Shown here in pieces: positions 10,091 to 20,095 of a stretch of 64,000 nt of DNA; the first letter of the stretch is position 1; every line of letters starts with the position of its first letter. The stretch covers positions 2,282 through 66,281 of the forward strand of contig JAPXSY010000001.1 of NCBI GenBank assembly GCA_033812795.1, written 5' to 3'. Under the pieces are notes generated by a model, which had not been told where the DNA came from, did not search any database, and was given only the letters and a program-made list of their open reading frames with translations. Source of the stretch: Kiritimatiellia bacterium (GTDB lineage: Bacteria; Verrucomicrobiota; Kiritimatiellia; RFP12; UBA1067). The position numbers were made by a program, and so were the translations under genes.

Positions 10091-10541
10091 GGCTTACGCC
10101 TTCCATCAGGACACCCTGATCCTTGTATGTTTTCAATATGAAGTGTGTGGTAGTCGAAAGCACACCGTCGAGCGAGGCAAGGTGTGCACTGACGAACTGG
10201 GCGACCTGCTGCAGGCTCTGTCCTTTGACGAACAACAGTAAATCGTAGGCGCCCGACATCAGACACATGGACTCCACCTGCGGGAACTTGCCGATCCGGT
10301 TGGCGATCCGGTCAAACCCGCCCTCGCGTTCCGGGCGGATGCGCAACTCGATGACTGCCCGCACATCTGTTTGCTCAATGCGGTCCTGATTCAACACAGC
10401 CTGGTACCCCCGGATCACCCCGTCGCGCTCGTATGCGGCGATCCGTTCGCGCACTTCCGTTTCGGTCAGCGCCAACTTTTTGGCCAGCGTCGCGTCCGAT
10501 TCACGCGCGTTCTTTTTCAGCAGTTCAAGCAATGTATCCAT
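10062..10541 (-). CDS. Lrp/AsnC family transcriptional regulator
   Basis: N-terminal HTH (LLELLKKNARESDATLAKKLALTETEVRERI) plus C-terminal RAM/ACT-like domain; the classic Lrp-aminotransferase pairing. Confidence 0.9.
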   Translation of the reverse strand: MDTLLELLKKNARESDATLAKKLALTETEVRERIAAYERDGVIRGYQAVLNQDRIEQTDVRAVIELRIRPEREGGFDRIANRIGKFPQVESMCLMSGAYDLLLFVKGQSLQQVAQFVSAHLASLDGVLSTTTHFILKTYKDQGVLMEGVSHDDRLQVCP

Positions 10542-10595
10542 AATACTCGCCTTTCGTGAGGGTGCAGTATAGCGAAAACCGTTCGGACTGCAATG

Positions 10596-11078
10596 TCAGA
10601 GCGGCTCAATCTGTTCACAATCGGTCGTGACGGTCACCGCCTGGCCAATCAGTTCAATGTTGAGTACGACCCGTACGGTTCCGGCCAGACGCTTCACGCG
10701 ACCCTCGATCCCCATGAACGGACCGCTGAGAATTCTCACCATGCGGCCCTCTGTCAGCGGCGGGCCGGCCTTGAGCGCGGGGTTGGCCCGTAACGCCCGC
10801 CGTACCATGATCAGCTCGCGCAGCAGACGCCGCGCGTTTATGGGCACCAGAATCCGGACCAGCAGGTTGGTCTGCAGCAACGCTAAGCGCTGGGCATCCG
10901 GGAAACAGGCAAACACATACCCGGGGAAAATCGGCACCCGGACCTGGATTTTCCGGCGCTGGACAATCCGTTGCCGTTCGCGCAACGGCAGGTAAAACGG
11001 GATACCGTAAAGCCGACAGTACTCCGTGACCTTCTTCTCCGTCCGCGGCTTGACAAACAGCACTTTCCAATTCTTCAT
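10596..11078 (-). CDS. NusG-paralog transcription antiterminator (UpxY/LoaP-like; NGN plus KOW domains)
   Basis: NGN-like N-terminus (WKVLFVKPRTEKKVTEYC) and KOW motif (GRMVRILSGPFMGIEGRV); the start lies 12 nt after the gyrA stop. Confidence 0.7.
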   Translation of the reverse strand: MKNWKVLFVKPRTEKKVTEYCRLYGIPFYLPLRERQRIVQRRKIQVRVPIFPGYVFACFPDAQRLALLQTNLLVRILVPINARRLLRELIMVRRALRANPALKAGPPLTEGRMVRILSGPFMGIEGRVKRLAGTVRVVLNIELIGQAVTVTTDCEQIEPL

Positions 11079-11090
11079 GATCCCGCCGCG

Positions 11091-13607
11091 TCAGCCCTGC
11101 GTCTCCTCCGTATCGGCATCGGTGTCGGTATCGATATCGGCATCGGTGTCGGCATCAGCGATACTGACGGACACGAGCGTATCCCCGTCATCCAAGCGGA
11201 CCAGCCGGACCCCCTGGGCCGTCCGCCCGCAGAGACGCACATCGTTTACCGGCGAGCGGATCATCATGCCCGCCGAAGTGATGGAAATAAAGGACTGCTC
11301 CTCCCGAACGGCGTGTGCGGCGACCACCTTGCCGTTACGTCCGGCCACATCCTTGATGGCGATCATGCCCTTGCCGCCGCGATTATGCGGCGTGAACTCG
11401 GAGAACATCGTGCGTTTACCATACCCGTTTTCGGTGGCGATCAACAGCGTGGCCTGATCATCCACCACGTCGAAACTACGGACCGCGTCTCCTGCCCCCA
11501 GCCGGATCCCGCGCACACCGGTGGCGGCCCGCCCCATGCGTCGCACCTGCTTCTCGTTAAACCGCATGGCCTGCCCGTTGGCGGTGATCAGCAGCACATC
11601 GTCCCCGGAACGGGTCAGCCGTACCTGAATCAACCGGTCATGTTCCCCAATGTTCAACGCCCGGATGCCGTTGCGGTTGATGTTGCGGTAATCGACGAGC
11701 GCGGTCTTTTTGACGGTGCCGCCTTCGGTGGCGAACATCACGTCCACGTCCTCCGCAAATGCCCGGATCGGCAGCAGGGCCGCGACCTGTTCGCCTTCCT
11801 GAAACTGCAACAGATTCACGATCGGTTTGCCGAACGAGGTGCGGGGCGCCTCGGGGATTTCGAAGGCGCGCTCCGCGAACACGCGGCCGAAGTTGGTGAA
11901 AAAGAGCAGGGTGTCATGGGTCTCGGCGACAAAGACCGTGGTGATCAGGTCCTCCTCCTTGATCGCGACACCGGTGATCCCGCGTCCGCCGCGCCTCTGC
12001 TCCCGGTAAACCGTCAACGGTACGCGTTTCACATATCCGCGCAGGCTGAGGGTGATGACGCACGGCTCGTCCGCAATGAGGTCCTCGATGTTTACCTCAC
12101 CCTCCAGAGGCACGATCTCCGTGCGCCGTTTGTCGTTCCGCCGAGCGTGGAGCACATACTGCGCCTTGAGTTCCGCCAGATCCTGTTTGATCAGTCCGTA
12201 GATTTTAGCGGGGTCCCGCAAGAGTTCCTGCAAATACGCGATCCGGTCGCATAACTCGCGGGACTCAGCCTCGACCTTATCACGCTCCAAACCGGTCAAC
12301 TGGTACAGACGCATCTCCAGAATCGCATCCACCTGCCGGTCCGAAAAGGCGAAACGCTCCACCAGCCGGACTTTCGCCTCTTCGCGGTTGGAAGACCCGC
12401 GAATCAGGGCGACCACCTCATCCAGATGGTCCAGCGCGACCAAGAGTCCGTCCAGAATATGTTTGCGCGCCTCGGCTTTCGCCAGATCGAACTGTGTGCG
12501 GCGGGTGATGACCTCGAACCGGTGATCCGTATAACTCCGGAACAGATCCTTGAGTGTCATCACCTTGGGCCGCCCCTGATCGATCGCCAGCATGTTGGCG
12601 CCGAACGTGGTCTGAAGCTGTGTGTGTTTGTACAGGTTGTTCAGCACCACCTGCGCCATCGCGCCGCGTTTGAGTTCCACCACCACCCGGATGCCGTCGC
12701 TGGAACTCTCGTCGCGAATGTCGGAGATACCCTCCAGCACTTTGCCGTTCACGAGATCGGCCATCTTTTCGATCATGCTGGCTTTGTTCACCGTGTACGG
12801 GATCTCGGTGATGAGGATCGCCTCTTTATTCTTGTACTCCACGATCTCCGCTTTGCCCCGGATAGTCAACGATCCACGCCCGAGTTTGTACATGGCCTCG
12901 ATGCCGCGTGTCCCGCACAGTATGGCACCGGTGGGGAAATCCGGCCCCTTGACAAATTGCATCAGCTCGTCAATCGTGCACTCCGGATTCTCGATGTAGT
13001 GGGTGAGCCCGTCCACGAGTTCGCCGAGGTTATGCGGCGGGATGTTGGTGGCCATGCCGACCGCAATACCGGTCGACCCGTTCAAGAGCAGATTCGGCAG
13101 CCGGGCGGGCAGGACAGTCGGTTCCTGAAACTCCTCATTGTAGTTGGGTTTGAAATCCACCGTCTCTTTTTCCAGATCATCCAGCATCTCCTCCGCCAGA
13201 CGATCCATGCGCACCTCCGTGTACCGCATGGCTGCCGCCGGATCCCCGTCGATGGAACCGAAATTCCCCTGCCCGTCCACCAGCGGATAGCGCATCGAGA
13301 ATTCCTGCGCCATGCGCACGATCGTGTCGTACACCGCCTGATCGCCGTGGGGATGGTATTTACCGATGACATCGCCCACCACACGTGCGGATTTCTTGTA
13401 TGGCTTGTTCGATGTGTTCCCCAGTTCGTTCATCGCGTACAATACCCGACGGTGCACCGGCTTCAGCCCGTCACGCGCGTCCGGCAAAGCGCGCCCGATG
13501 ATTACGCTCATGGAATAGTCGATATACGAGGAACTCATCTCGTCTTCGATATTGATGTTTTGCAACCCTTGGTCGGTCTGCTGGTCCGGCTGAATCCCGT
13601 CGCTCAT
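11091..13607 (-). CDS. gyrA: DNA gyrase subunit A
   Basis: QRDR/active-site region ([11 protein letters not shown]), the GyrA-box-like C-terminal beta-pinwheel repeats, and an acidic [16 protein letters not shown] tail encoded by a near-periodic hexanucleotide repeat at 11094..11160. Confidence 0.95.
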   Translation of the reverse strand: MSDGIQPDQQTDQGLQNINIEDEMSSSYIDYSMSVIIGRALPDARDGLKPVHRRVLYAMNELGNTSNKPYKKSARVVGDVIGKYHPHGDQAVYDTIVRMAQEFSMRYPLVDGQGNFGSIDGDPAAAMRYTEVRMDRLAEEMLDDLEKETVDFKPNYNEEFQEPTVLPARLPNLLLNGSTGIAVGMATNIPPHNLGELVDGLTHYIENPECTIDELMQFVKGPDFPTGAILCGTRGIEAMYKLGRGSLTIRGKAEIVEYKNKEAILITEIPYTVNKASMIEKMADLVNGKVLEGISDIRDESSSDGIRVVVELKRGAMAQVVLNNLYKHTQLQTTFGANMLAIDQGRPKVMTLKDLFRSYTDHRFEVITRRTQFDLAKAEARKHILDGLLVALDHLDEVVALIRGSSNREEAKVRLVERFAFSDRQVDAILEMRLYQLTGLERDKVEAESRELCDRIAYLQELLRDPAKIYGLIKQDLAELKAQYVLHARRNDKRRTEIVPLEGEVNIEDLIADEPCVITLSLRGYVKRVPLTVYREQRRGGRGITGVAIKEEDLITTVFVAETHDTLLFFTNFGRVFAERAFEIPEAPRTSFGKPIVNLLQFQEGEQVAALLPIRAFAEDVDVMFATEGGTVKKTALVDYRNINRNGIRALNIGEHDRLIQVRLTRSGDDVLLITANGQAMRFNEKQVRRMGRAATGVRGIRLGAGDAVRSFDVVDDQATLLIATENGYGKRTMFSEFTPHNRGGKGMIAIKDVAGRNGKVVAAHAVREEQSFISITSAGMMIRSPVNDVRLCGRTAQGVRLVRLDDGDTLVSVSIADADTDADIDTDTDADTEETQG

Positions 13608-13749
13608 GATGACTCCGCTTTTGAACAGTGAAAGTGGGGCTCAGTATACCACATCAGCCGAAAAAAAAACACCTTTTCCCGAATCGGATCCTGTGGTATT
13701 TTACGGTATGTGAGAAGCGATTGAACCCTTTGTTGAGGAGCAAACCGAA

Positions 13750-14715
13750 ATGGATAACCGGACCCCCTGCCCGATCTGCCGCACCCCGAACATTTCGTAT
13801 GCCAGTGCCGGAGCCAACACCAGTGAAATCAACTGCCCGCGTTGCGGCCGCTATCAGATCCAGGCGTTCGCTGAAACCCAACTCCACAACAGCCCGCCCG
13901 CTTTTCCCCCGGCCCATCTGCTCTCCGGATTGTGCCGCAACACCTGGGACCATCTGGGGGAGAAAGTGTTGATCACCGTGGATTTGTTCAAGTCCTGGGC
14001 CGATCTGGAACGGGTCGCCAAACTCCCCGTACCGCGCGACACCGATGTGGTGACCAAGGGGGAATACTTGCTGAAGCACCTGCGCCGCCGATCGAAAACA
14101 CTGGCGGACAGGGTTTCGTTTACGCCCCATGAACTAGCGTGCGGGTTCTGCTCCACGAAAAACGAACTGCTTTTCTGCCTGCGTTATCTGGCAGACCGGG
14201 GGTGGGTGGAGGAATGTTCAGCCGCCAATCGCAAGGGACCTCCTCGTGACGCGATCACGTTTCGCCTGACGCCCGCCGGATGGGCGGCATTGGCCGCTCC
14301 GGCCACTCCGGCCCAACCACGCGCCGTGGTGTCGGTCATGCTGGATCGCGAAGACGAGTCTCTCTGGACGCAAGGGTTCGCCGCCGCGGCGCAGGCCGCC
14401 GGATATGTGGCGGAGCGGGTTGAGAACCGTGAACAGCTCAACAAAATTAATGACGAGTTGATCGTGTCGCTGCGCCGCGCCGCTTTCGTGATCGCGGATC
14501 TGACCGGACAGGCCCCCATGACCTATTTCGTTGCGGGGTTCGCCGGTGGACTCGGTAAGCCCGTCTTCTGGACTTGCGAGGAAAGCGAAGCCCGCGACAA
14601 ACGGTTGTGGCTGGAAACACGCCAGTCAATCATCACCACCTGGACGCGGGACAAGCCGGAGGTGTTCGCCGCGCGTCTCGCGCAACGTATCGAAGCCACC
14701 ATCCCCGGAGAATGA
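13750..14715 (+). CDS. Hypothetical protein: N-terminal Zn-ribbon, central winged-helix-like region, C-terminal nucleoside 2-deoxyribosyltransferase (NDT)-superfamily-like domain
   Basis: CPICRT..x20..CPRCGRY zinc ribbon. The C-terminal region VVSVMLDRED ... FVIADLTGQAPMTYFVAGFAGGLGKPVF resembles the NDT/DNPH1 D.GT.fE.GyA.alGKPv core, with Val in place of the catalytic Glu. GAGGAG SD 9 nt upstream of ATG; sigma70-like TTGAAC-N18-TATACC further upstream. Confidence 0.6.
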   Translation: MDNRTPCPICRTPNISYASAGANTSEINCPRCGRYQIQAFAETQLHNSPPAFPPAHLLSGLCRNTWDHLGEKVLITVDLFKSWADLERVAKLPVPRDTDVVTKGEYLLKHLRRRSKTLADRVSFTPHELACGFCSTKNELLFCLRYLADRGWVEECSAANRKGPPRDAITFRLTPAGWAALAAPATPAQPRAVVSVMLDREDESLWTQGFAAAAQAAGYVAERVENREQLNKINDELIVSLRRAAFVIADLTGQAPMTYFVAGFAGGLGKPVFWTCEESEARDKRLWLETRQSIITTWTRDKPEVFAARLAQRIEATIPGE

Positions 14716-14733
14716 GCGCATGCGCAAACGGAC

Positions 14734-15633
14734 TTAGGGAACGGCTCCGTCCCCTTCGCGATCCGTTTCGACGGGCTCGACATGCACCACGACATCCCGC
14801 ACCCCCGACTTGGCCGCCATGATCGCGTCCCGTACCTGATGCCCGACCGCATGGCCCTCGCGCACCGATAGGTCGCCGGGAACTTGGATATGCACCTCCA
14901 CGAAGTAATCGGTCCCGCTCTTACGGATCCGGCACGCGCTCACCGAGTCCACCTGAGGCACGCCGCGGGCCTCCCCCATCACCCGGAATCGCATCTCATC
15001 CCCCACATCCCCGTCGAGCATCTCATGGAACGCCTTCCGTAGAATGCGCACGGCGTTGAATACGATGATCCCGCACGCCAGCAGCGCGGCCCAATCATCC
15101 GCCTGGGCAAAACGGGGGCCACCCAGCAGCGCGAGGCTGATCCCCACGGCAGCCGCCGCAGAGGTCAGGGCGTCCGAACGGTGATGCCAAGCGTCGCCCT
15201 CCAGTGCGAGACTGTCCGTCGCACGACCGGCCCGTAGCACGGCCCGCGAGACGGCTTCTTTGACCAACACAACCATTAGCAGTACCGGCAACGTGTACCA
15301 CGCAGGCGAAGCGTGCGGCGTCAGCAGTTCGCGCACTGCCTGAAAAGCGATCAGCAGGGCCACTGCCAGTAAGGAAAAGCCGCTGAACACGCCGGCCAGA
15401 GATTCGATTTTACCGTGCCCGTACGGGTGACAGGCATCGGCCGGCCGGAGGGAAAAATGAAACCCGAGCCAAGTGACGGATGATGTGATGATGTCCCCTA
15501 AGGATTCCACCCCGTCAGCGATCAGCGCATAGCAGTTCCCCATCAGCCCCACCGTTATCTTGACCAGCATCAGGCTGATGTTGACGCCCAGCGTCAAAAA
15601 ACCGAGCCACCGAATGGATTTCGATTGCGACAT
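14734..15633 (-). CDS. Cation diffusion facilitator family divalent-metal efflux transporter
   Basis: Six TM helices, the HxxxD-type motifs (HHRSDALTS), and a C-terminal cytoplasmic domain. The start was chosen at internal ATG 15633 (MSQSKSIRWLG); the track ORF extends to 15669. Confidence 0.85.
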   Translation of the reverse strand: MSQSKSIRWLGFLTLGVNISLMLVKITVGLMGNCYALIADGVESLGDIITSSVTWLGFHFSLRPADACHPYGHGKIESLAGVFSGFSLLAVALLIAFQAVRELLTPHASPAWYTLPVLLMVVLVKEAVSRAVLRAGRATDSLALEGDAWHHRSDALTSAAAAVGISLALLGGPRFAQADDWAALLACGIIVFNAVRILRKAFHEMLDGDVGDEMRFRVMGEARGVPQVDSVSACRIRKSGTDYFVEVHIQVPGDLSVREGHAVGHQVRDAIMAAKSGVRDVVVHVEPVETDREGDGAVP

Positions 15634-15727
15634 ATCGGAACGATCACATAAAAGCCCCATACCCGTCAATCCAATCCGATCGTAAAGAATAACGCAGGGG
15701 AAAAAGTGCTACACGCACCTTCTCTTC

Positions 15728-18700
15728 TCACTGCGCGTAGACTTCGAGTTCATCGGGAACCCACTCGGTCATCCGGTTCTCATAGATCACGGGACCGCCC
15801 CATTTGCCGGTGGTGATGAGGTCGATGTCACCATCGCCATCAATGTCAACCGGCACGATGTTGAGGCCGGCGCTGACACCCTCGTCGTAGGTGACCACAT
15901 GCTTGCGGAAGACCGGATTCGGGCCGGGGGTGAAACGGTAGTAGAACACGCACAGCTTGCCGAAGGCATCGGGGTCGCCGCCGTTGTGGGCCATGAAACG
16001 CTTGCCGGCGATGACTTCCTTGTTGCCGTCGTTATCGACGTCGGCGAATGCAAGATAGTGCGGTTGCGACCAGGTGTCGTCGATCAGATGCTGACGCCAA
16101 GAGATGGTGCCGGATGCATCGCGCTGCTGTTCGTACCAGAAGATGCCGTGCTTGTGGGCCGCGCTGGTGATGAGATCGTTCAGGCCGTCTTTGTTGACAT
16201 CGAAAACGATGATGTTGGAGGTGTGCTCGACCTTGCCGTCTTTGCCGCCCAAGGCGATGGGGTGCTTTTTCCATGTGTCCTTACGGATGTCTTTCGGGGC
16301 CTCGTACCAAACGTTGGGCCGGATCACGTCAGGGCGTCCGTCGCCGTTGATGTCGCCAACGCCGGTGCCGAATGTCGTCTTGTCCATGGAGATCGTGTGG
16401 CGCACGTAGCCGGGCTGGCCGTTGGTCAGCGTGCCCGGTTCGTACCAGACGGTCACATGCGTGTCAGGCAGAAACTCCAGCGCCTTGCCGTCGCCGTCGA
16501 TATCGACCAGCGTGCCGGTTTCGTGGTTGCCCAGCGGGTCAATGACATGCTCGGGCCACAGCTCATTGGAACGGCCCAGCGTGTTTTCGTACCAGTAGGA
16601 GGTTTTCGAAAACCAGCAGGCCGCCAGAATGTCCGGCTTGCCGTCTTTGTTGACATCGACGACCAGATTGCAGAAGTCATCGGCGTAGCCTTTGCCATCC
16701 TCTCCGACGTTACTGGAAACGGTGCGGATGCGCACGGCCTTCCAGTCGGGCGCGAGGTAGAGATAGGGCCCCGCGGCGATGTCGAGTTTCCCGTCGCCGT
16801 TGAAATCGGCCACACAGCAGGCTTCCGAGCGGTAGGTGCCGATGCGGCGCGGCACGAAGGTCAGGGGCGTGAGCACGGAGCCGGGCGCTTTGTCCGGCAC
16901 ACCCACCGGGGTGTGCAGCGCGATGACTTTGAGGGACTTGAGCGCCTCGGTTTTAAGTTCGGGATCATCCAGCATCGGTGTGAGCGCGGCGACCGCCTCG
17001 GGGGTGGGCACGGTGCGCCAAGCACCTGCGACGAGGGCCTTCTCCTGCGTCCGCGTGGCCAGTGCGCTGGCTTCTCTGAGCATGGCGGCGCGACCAGCTT
17101 GGTCCTGCTCTTGATCGATCAGCCGGATATAACCGCGCAGCGCGATTACGCGCAGGCTGTTGTTGGGATAGGTTTTAGCCAATTGAAGCAACTTGGGGGC
17201 GACGGCCTTTCCCTTCCAGCCTGCCAGTACGCGCACGGCGTCATCGGCCACGGCGCGTTCGCTGTCGTCCACGGTGCGTTGGATCAACTCCAGTCCGGCT
17301 GGCGTGCCGGCCAAGCCGATCGCTCGCAACAGGCTGCTGCGGCGTTCGACACCGGCTCCGGCGAACAGCGGCAGAATGGCGGCGGTGGTTGCGTCCGGTT
17401 CGCGGCGTGAGCAGGCCATGAGCGCCTTTTCAGCGGCGCGCCGCTCTTGGGGATCGACGGCTTTGCAGAAGGCCGCGACGAGCGCCGGGATTTGTTTGTC
17501 GGTTGCGAGTTCGGTCAGCGCCTGGAATGCGGCGGTGCGCACGGTCGGCGCGGTGGCCGCGAGGTGTTCCGCGATGGCAGAGGCGGCACGCGGCGTTTTG
17601 CGGAAGGCCGCGACGCCCAGCAGGCGCGTGAGGGCGGCGTCGTTGGCCGGACGTCGCGCAAGCGCTTTCACGATCCGGGCGTCGGTCTTGGGATCGTCCA
17701 GCTTGATTAGGCTCCTGCGCGCCGCATCTGCCAGCGCGTCGTCCGTCTGGCCGAGCAGTGCGATCAGCGCATCCGCGTCATCGGCATCGCCGATATCGCC
17801 GAGTCCGGCGGCGGCTGCCAGCCGGGAGGGCGCATCAAGACCGTCTTTCAGCGCGGCACGCACCAGCGGTGCACCGGCGCGTTTCTTGGCATGGACCAGG
17901 GCCTGTACGACAGCGAGGCGGCCCTGCGGTTCGAGTGCTTTCATCAAGTCTTCACCACGCCGTTTCAGTACCTTGTCCGGGAGTTGGGCGGTGAGACGGG
18001 CGGCGGTGCCACGCCACACTGCCGAAGCATGGTTCAATGCGGCGGGCAACAGCGTGCGCGCGCGGTCGGGGTCAGCGGTGACGCGTGCGCAAAAGGCGGC
18101 CAGCCGGATGTGGTCCGCCAGGCGGGTGTCGTCCGCGACTCGCGCATAGAGCGCGAGGGCCTGCTTTTTGTCGCCGCGCGCGAGCAGCGTCTCTGCGGCC
18201 ACGAGCGTGGCATCGGCCGTGATTGCGTCTTGCGGTGCGGCGGCCAGCGCAGCCAATGCGCGGGGGGTGGCGAGTTTGCCGAGGTACGCCAACGCGGCGG
18301 AACGCACCGGTTGCGGACGGTCGACCAGCGCGAGGATCGCGGCTTCAGCAGCGGTGTCTGCGCGACGGGTCAGGGCGGCGATCACACCGGCCAGTTCGCG
18401 GCCGTCCAGCATGGTGAGCGCGGCGCGCAGGGCGGCATCGGCTTCAGGCAGGCCGAGGGCTTCCAGCAATAGGCAGGCGTTATCGAAGGTCTCGGGACGC
18501 GCGAGCTGGGCAGTGAGCGTCGGGATGGCGGCGGCTGTGGCGCTGACCAGCAGGGTTTGGCGCGCGCTGTCTTTTTCGGCCGGGGTGCCCTCGGCAAGCT
18601 GTCGGAGTAGCGCGGCCTCATCGGCGGCAAGCGGACGCACTGCGAACAGCGCGGCCGTGAAGAGCGGCAGGATGACAGCCTTGCGGCGTGGCACGTATGT

Positions 18701-18733
18701 AAAGAGACGGGCGGTGAGGGCAACAATGGACAT
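15728..18733 (-). CDS. Large secreted protein: N-terminal HEAT/ARM-like repeats, C-terminal FG-GAP/VCBS beta-propeller repeats
   Basis: Ala/Leu-rich helical repeats in the N-terminal half. At least 7 FG-GAP-like Ca-binding repeats follow (FNGDGKLDIA, VDVNKDGKPDIL, VDIDGDGKAL, DINGDGRPDV, DVNKDGLNDL, DVDNDGNKEV, VDIDGDGDIDL). Signal peptide after ATG 18733 with a GAGGT SD. Confidence 0.8.
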   Translation of the reverse strand: MSIVALTARLFTYVPRRKAVILPLFTAALFAVRPLAADEAALLRQLAEGTPAEKDSARQTLLVSATAAAIPTLTAQLARPETFDNACLLLEALGLPEADAALRAALTMLDGRELAGVIAALTRRADTAAEAAILALVDRPQPVRSAALAYLGKLATPRALAALAAAPQDAITADATLVAAETLLARGDKKQALALYARVADDTRLADHIRLAAFCARVTADPDRARTLLPAALNHASAVWRGTAARLTAQLPDKVLKRRGEDLMKALEPQGRLAVVQALVHAKKRAGAPLVRAALKDGLDAPSRLAAAAGLGDIGDADDADALIALLGQTDDALADAARRSLIKLDDPKTDARIVKALARRPANDAALTRLLGVAAFRKTPRAASAIAEHLAATAPTVRTAAFQALTELATDKQIPALVAAFCKAVDPQERRAAEKALMACSRREPDATTAAILPLFAGAGVERRSSLLRAIGLAGTPAGLELIQRTVDDSERAVADDAVRVLAGWKGKAVAPKLLQLAKTYPNNSLRVIALRGYIRLIDQEQDQAGRAAMLREASALATRTQEKALVAGAWRTVPTPEAVAALTPMLDDPELKTEALKSLKVIALHTPVGVPDKAPGSVLTPLTFVPRRIGTYRSEACCVADFNGDGKLDIAAGPYLYLAPDWKAVRIRTVSSNVGEDGKGYADDFCNLVVDVNKDGKPDILAACWFSKTSYWYENTLGRSNELWPEHVIDPLGNHETGTLVDIDGDGKALEFLPDTHVTVWYEPGTLTNGQPGYVRHTISMDKTTFGTGVGDINGDGRPDVIRPNVWYEAPKDIRKDTWKKHPIALGGKDGKVEHTSNIIVFDVNKDGLNDLITSAAHKHGIFWYEQQRDASGTISWRQHLIDDTWSQPHYLAFADVDNDGNKEVIAGKRFMAHNGGDPDAFGKLCVFYYRFTPGPNPVFRKHVVTYDEGVSAGLNIVPVDIDGDGDIDLITTGKWGGPVIYENRMTEWVPDELEVYAQ

Positions 18734-18752
18734 GGTGTAACCTCGTACAGGA

Positions 18753-20003
18753 TTAGATGGACCAGGGAGCGCGGTTTGAACGGTGGATGAGGCGGTTGGC
18801 CTCGGCATCGTTGACAAACGCAAGCGCGGCGGGATCAAAGGTGAGTTCGCGCTTCAAGTGATAAGCGATCGTGGCGGCATGGCAGGCAACGTGCGTGATG
18901 TGCAGCGCGTCGGCCGGTGCGGTCGGCGTTTGGCGCGACCTGACGCAGGCGATGAACTCGGCCGGATGGGCCACCGGACGCATCCAGCTTTCGGATTGGA
19001 TGGCGCGGGTGTCCAGCAGGGTTGGCGAGGAGACTTGGATGTCACCCGAGTCGTCAGTCTCGACCCAACCCTCATCGCCCTCGAAGCGCACGGCGCACGA
19101 GTTACGGAAACCTTTCTGACGCATCACCACCTGGATGCCGTCGGCATACCAGGCATGTACGGTGGTGTCGTCAATCGGCTTGTAGCGGACCGGCGTGGTG
19201 TGTTCGCGGTTGAGCGCCATCTGGCAGAGGTCGAGGGTATGGCTGCCCCATTCGGTGAGCTCGCCGTGGTAGTCGTATTCGCCGCCCCAGTGCTTGAGGT
19301 AAGCGTTGTTGTAGGGGCGCCAAGGGGCAGGGCCGAGCCACATGTCCCAGTCGATCTCGTCGACCGGCGGCATTTTCTCTTCGGGCAGAAAGTGGTTGGT
19401 CGCCGAGCGTCCCATACCCGCTGCCATACCGGCGTGTAACGTGTGGATGCGTCCGAGGCGTCCGCTCTTGACCAGTGACATGGCGGTCATGAAATTGCCG
19501 ACGGTGCGGCGCTGTACTCCGCCTTGATACACGCGGTGGTAGCGCGCGGCTGCCTTCACGACGGCCTCGCCCTCGTGGATGGAGAGCGAGATCGGCTTTT
19601 CGCAGTAGACGTCCTTACCGGCCTGCATGGAGCAGATCGCGAGGCGCGCATGCCAGCGGTCACCGGTCGCGATGTAGAGGGCGTCGATGTCCTTACGTGC
19701 GAGAAGATCACGGAAGTCGCGGTAGGCCGTGCAGTCTGTGTTGCCGTTAAAGGTGTCGACCGTGGCCTTGGCGCGTTCGCGCCGTTCGCGCACCGCATCG
19801 CAGACCGCAAGCATACGGGTGCCGGGCTGGTTCAGGAAAACCGGCAGCATTTGCTTGGTACGGCTGCCGCAGCCGATGACACCCATCGTGACGGTGGCCG
19901 ACGGTGCAGTCGGATTTGCACGCGCGACAGCGGTGCCGGCGACGGTGGTGAACGCAGCGGCGCGTAACAAAAATCCGCGCCGGTTGATTGAAGAACGCAA
20001 CAT
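18753..20003 (-). CDS. Gfo/Idh/MocA family oxidoreductase with Tat signal
   Basis: NRRGFLLRAAAFTTVAG Tat signal and Rossmann motif MGVIGCGSRTKQ; a paralog of 4900..6150. Confidence 0.85.
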   Translation of the reverse strand: MLRSSINRRGFLLRAAAFTTVAGTAVARANPTAPSATVTMGVIGCGSRTKQMLPVFLNQPGTRMLAVCDAVRERRERAKATVDTFNGNTDCTAYRDFRDLLARKDIDALYIATGDRWHARLAICSMQAGKDVYCEKPISLSIHEGEAVVKAAARYHRVYQGGVQRRTVGNFMTAMSLVKSGRLGRIHTLHAGMAAGMGRSATNHFLPEEKMPPVDEIDWDMWLGPAPWRPYNNAYLKHWGGEYDYHGELTEWGSHTLDLCQMALNREHTTPVRYKPIDDTTVHAWYADGIQVVMRQKGFRNSCAVRFEGDEGWVETDDSGDIQVSSPTLLDTRAIQSESWMRPVAHPAEFIACVRSRQTPTAPADALHITHVACHAATIAYHLKRELTFDPAALAFVNDAEANRLIHRSNRAPWSI

Positions 20004-20095
20004 ACAGAATCTCCCTTTGTGAAAACAGTATAGAGGAGATGGGACTCAGGGTCTAATAAAACAACGATCGAAATGTGTATCCGTCCGAATGGCGC

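Noticed and set aside
11094-11160. Periodic GGCATCGGTGTCGGTATCGAT repeat as a non-coding tandem repeat or mobile element
   Set aside because: It is in frame within gyrA and encodes the acidic [17 protein letters not shown]-terminal tail. Acidic GyrA tails are known from established knowledge.
15899-18149. Several 300-500-aa + strand ORFs (15899..17410, 17193..18149, 17891..18472, 18168..18740)
   Set aside because: All overlap the minus-strand HEAT/FG-GAP gene and are Ala/Arg/Ser-rich shadow frames.
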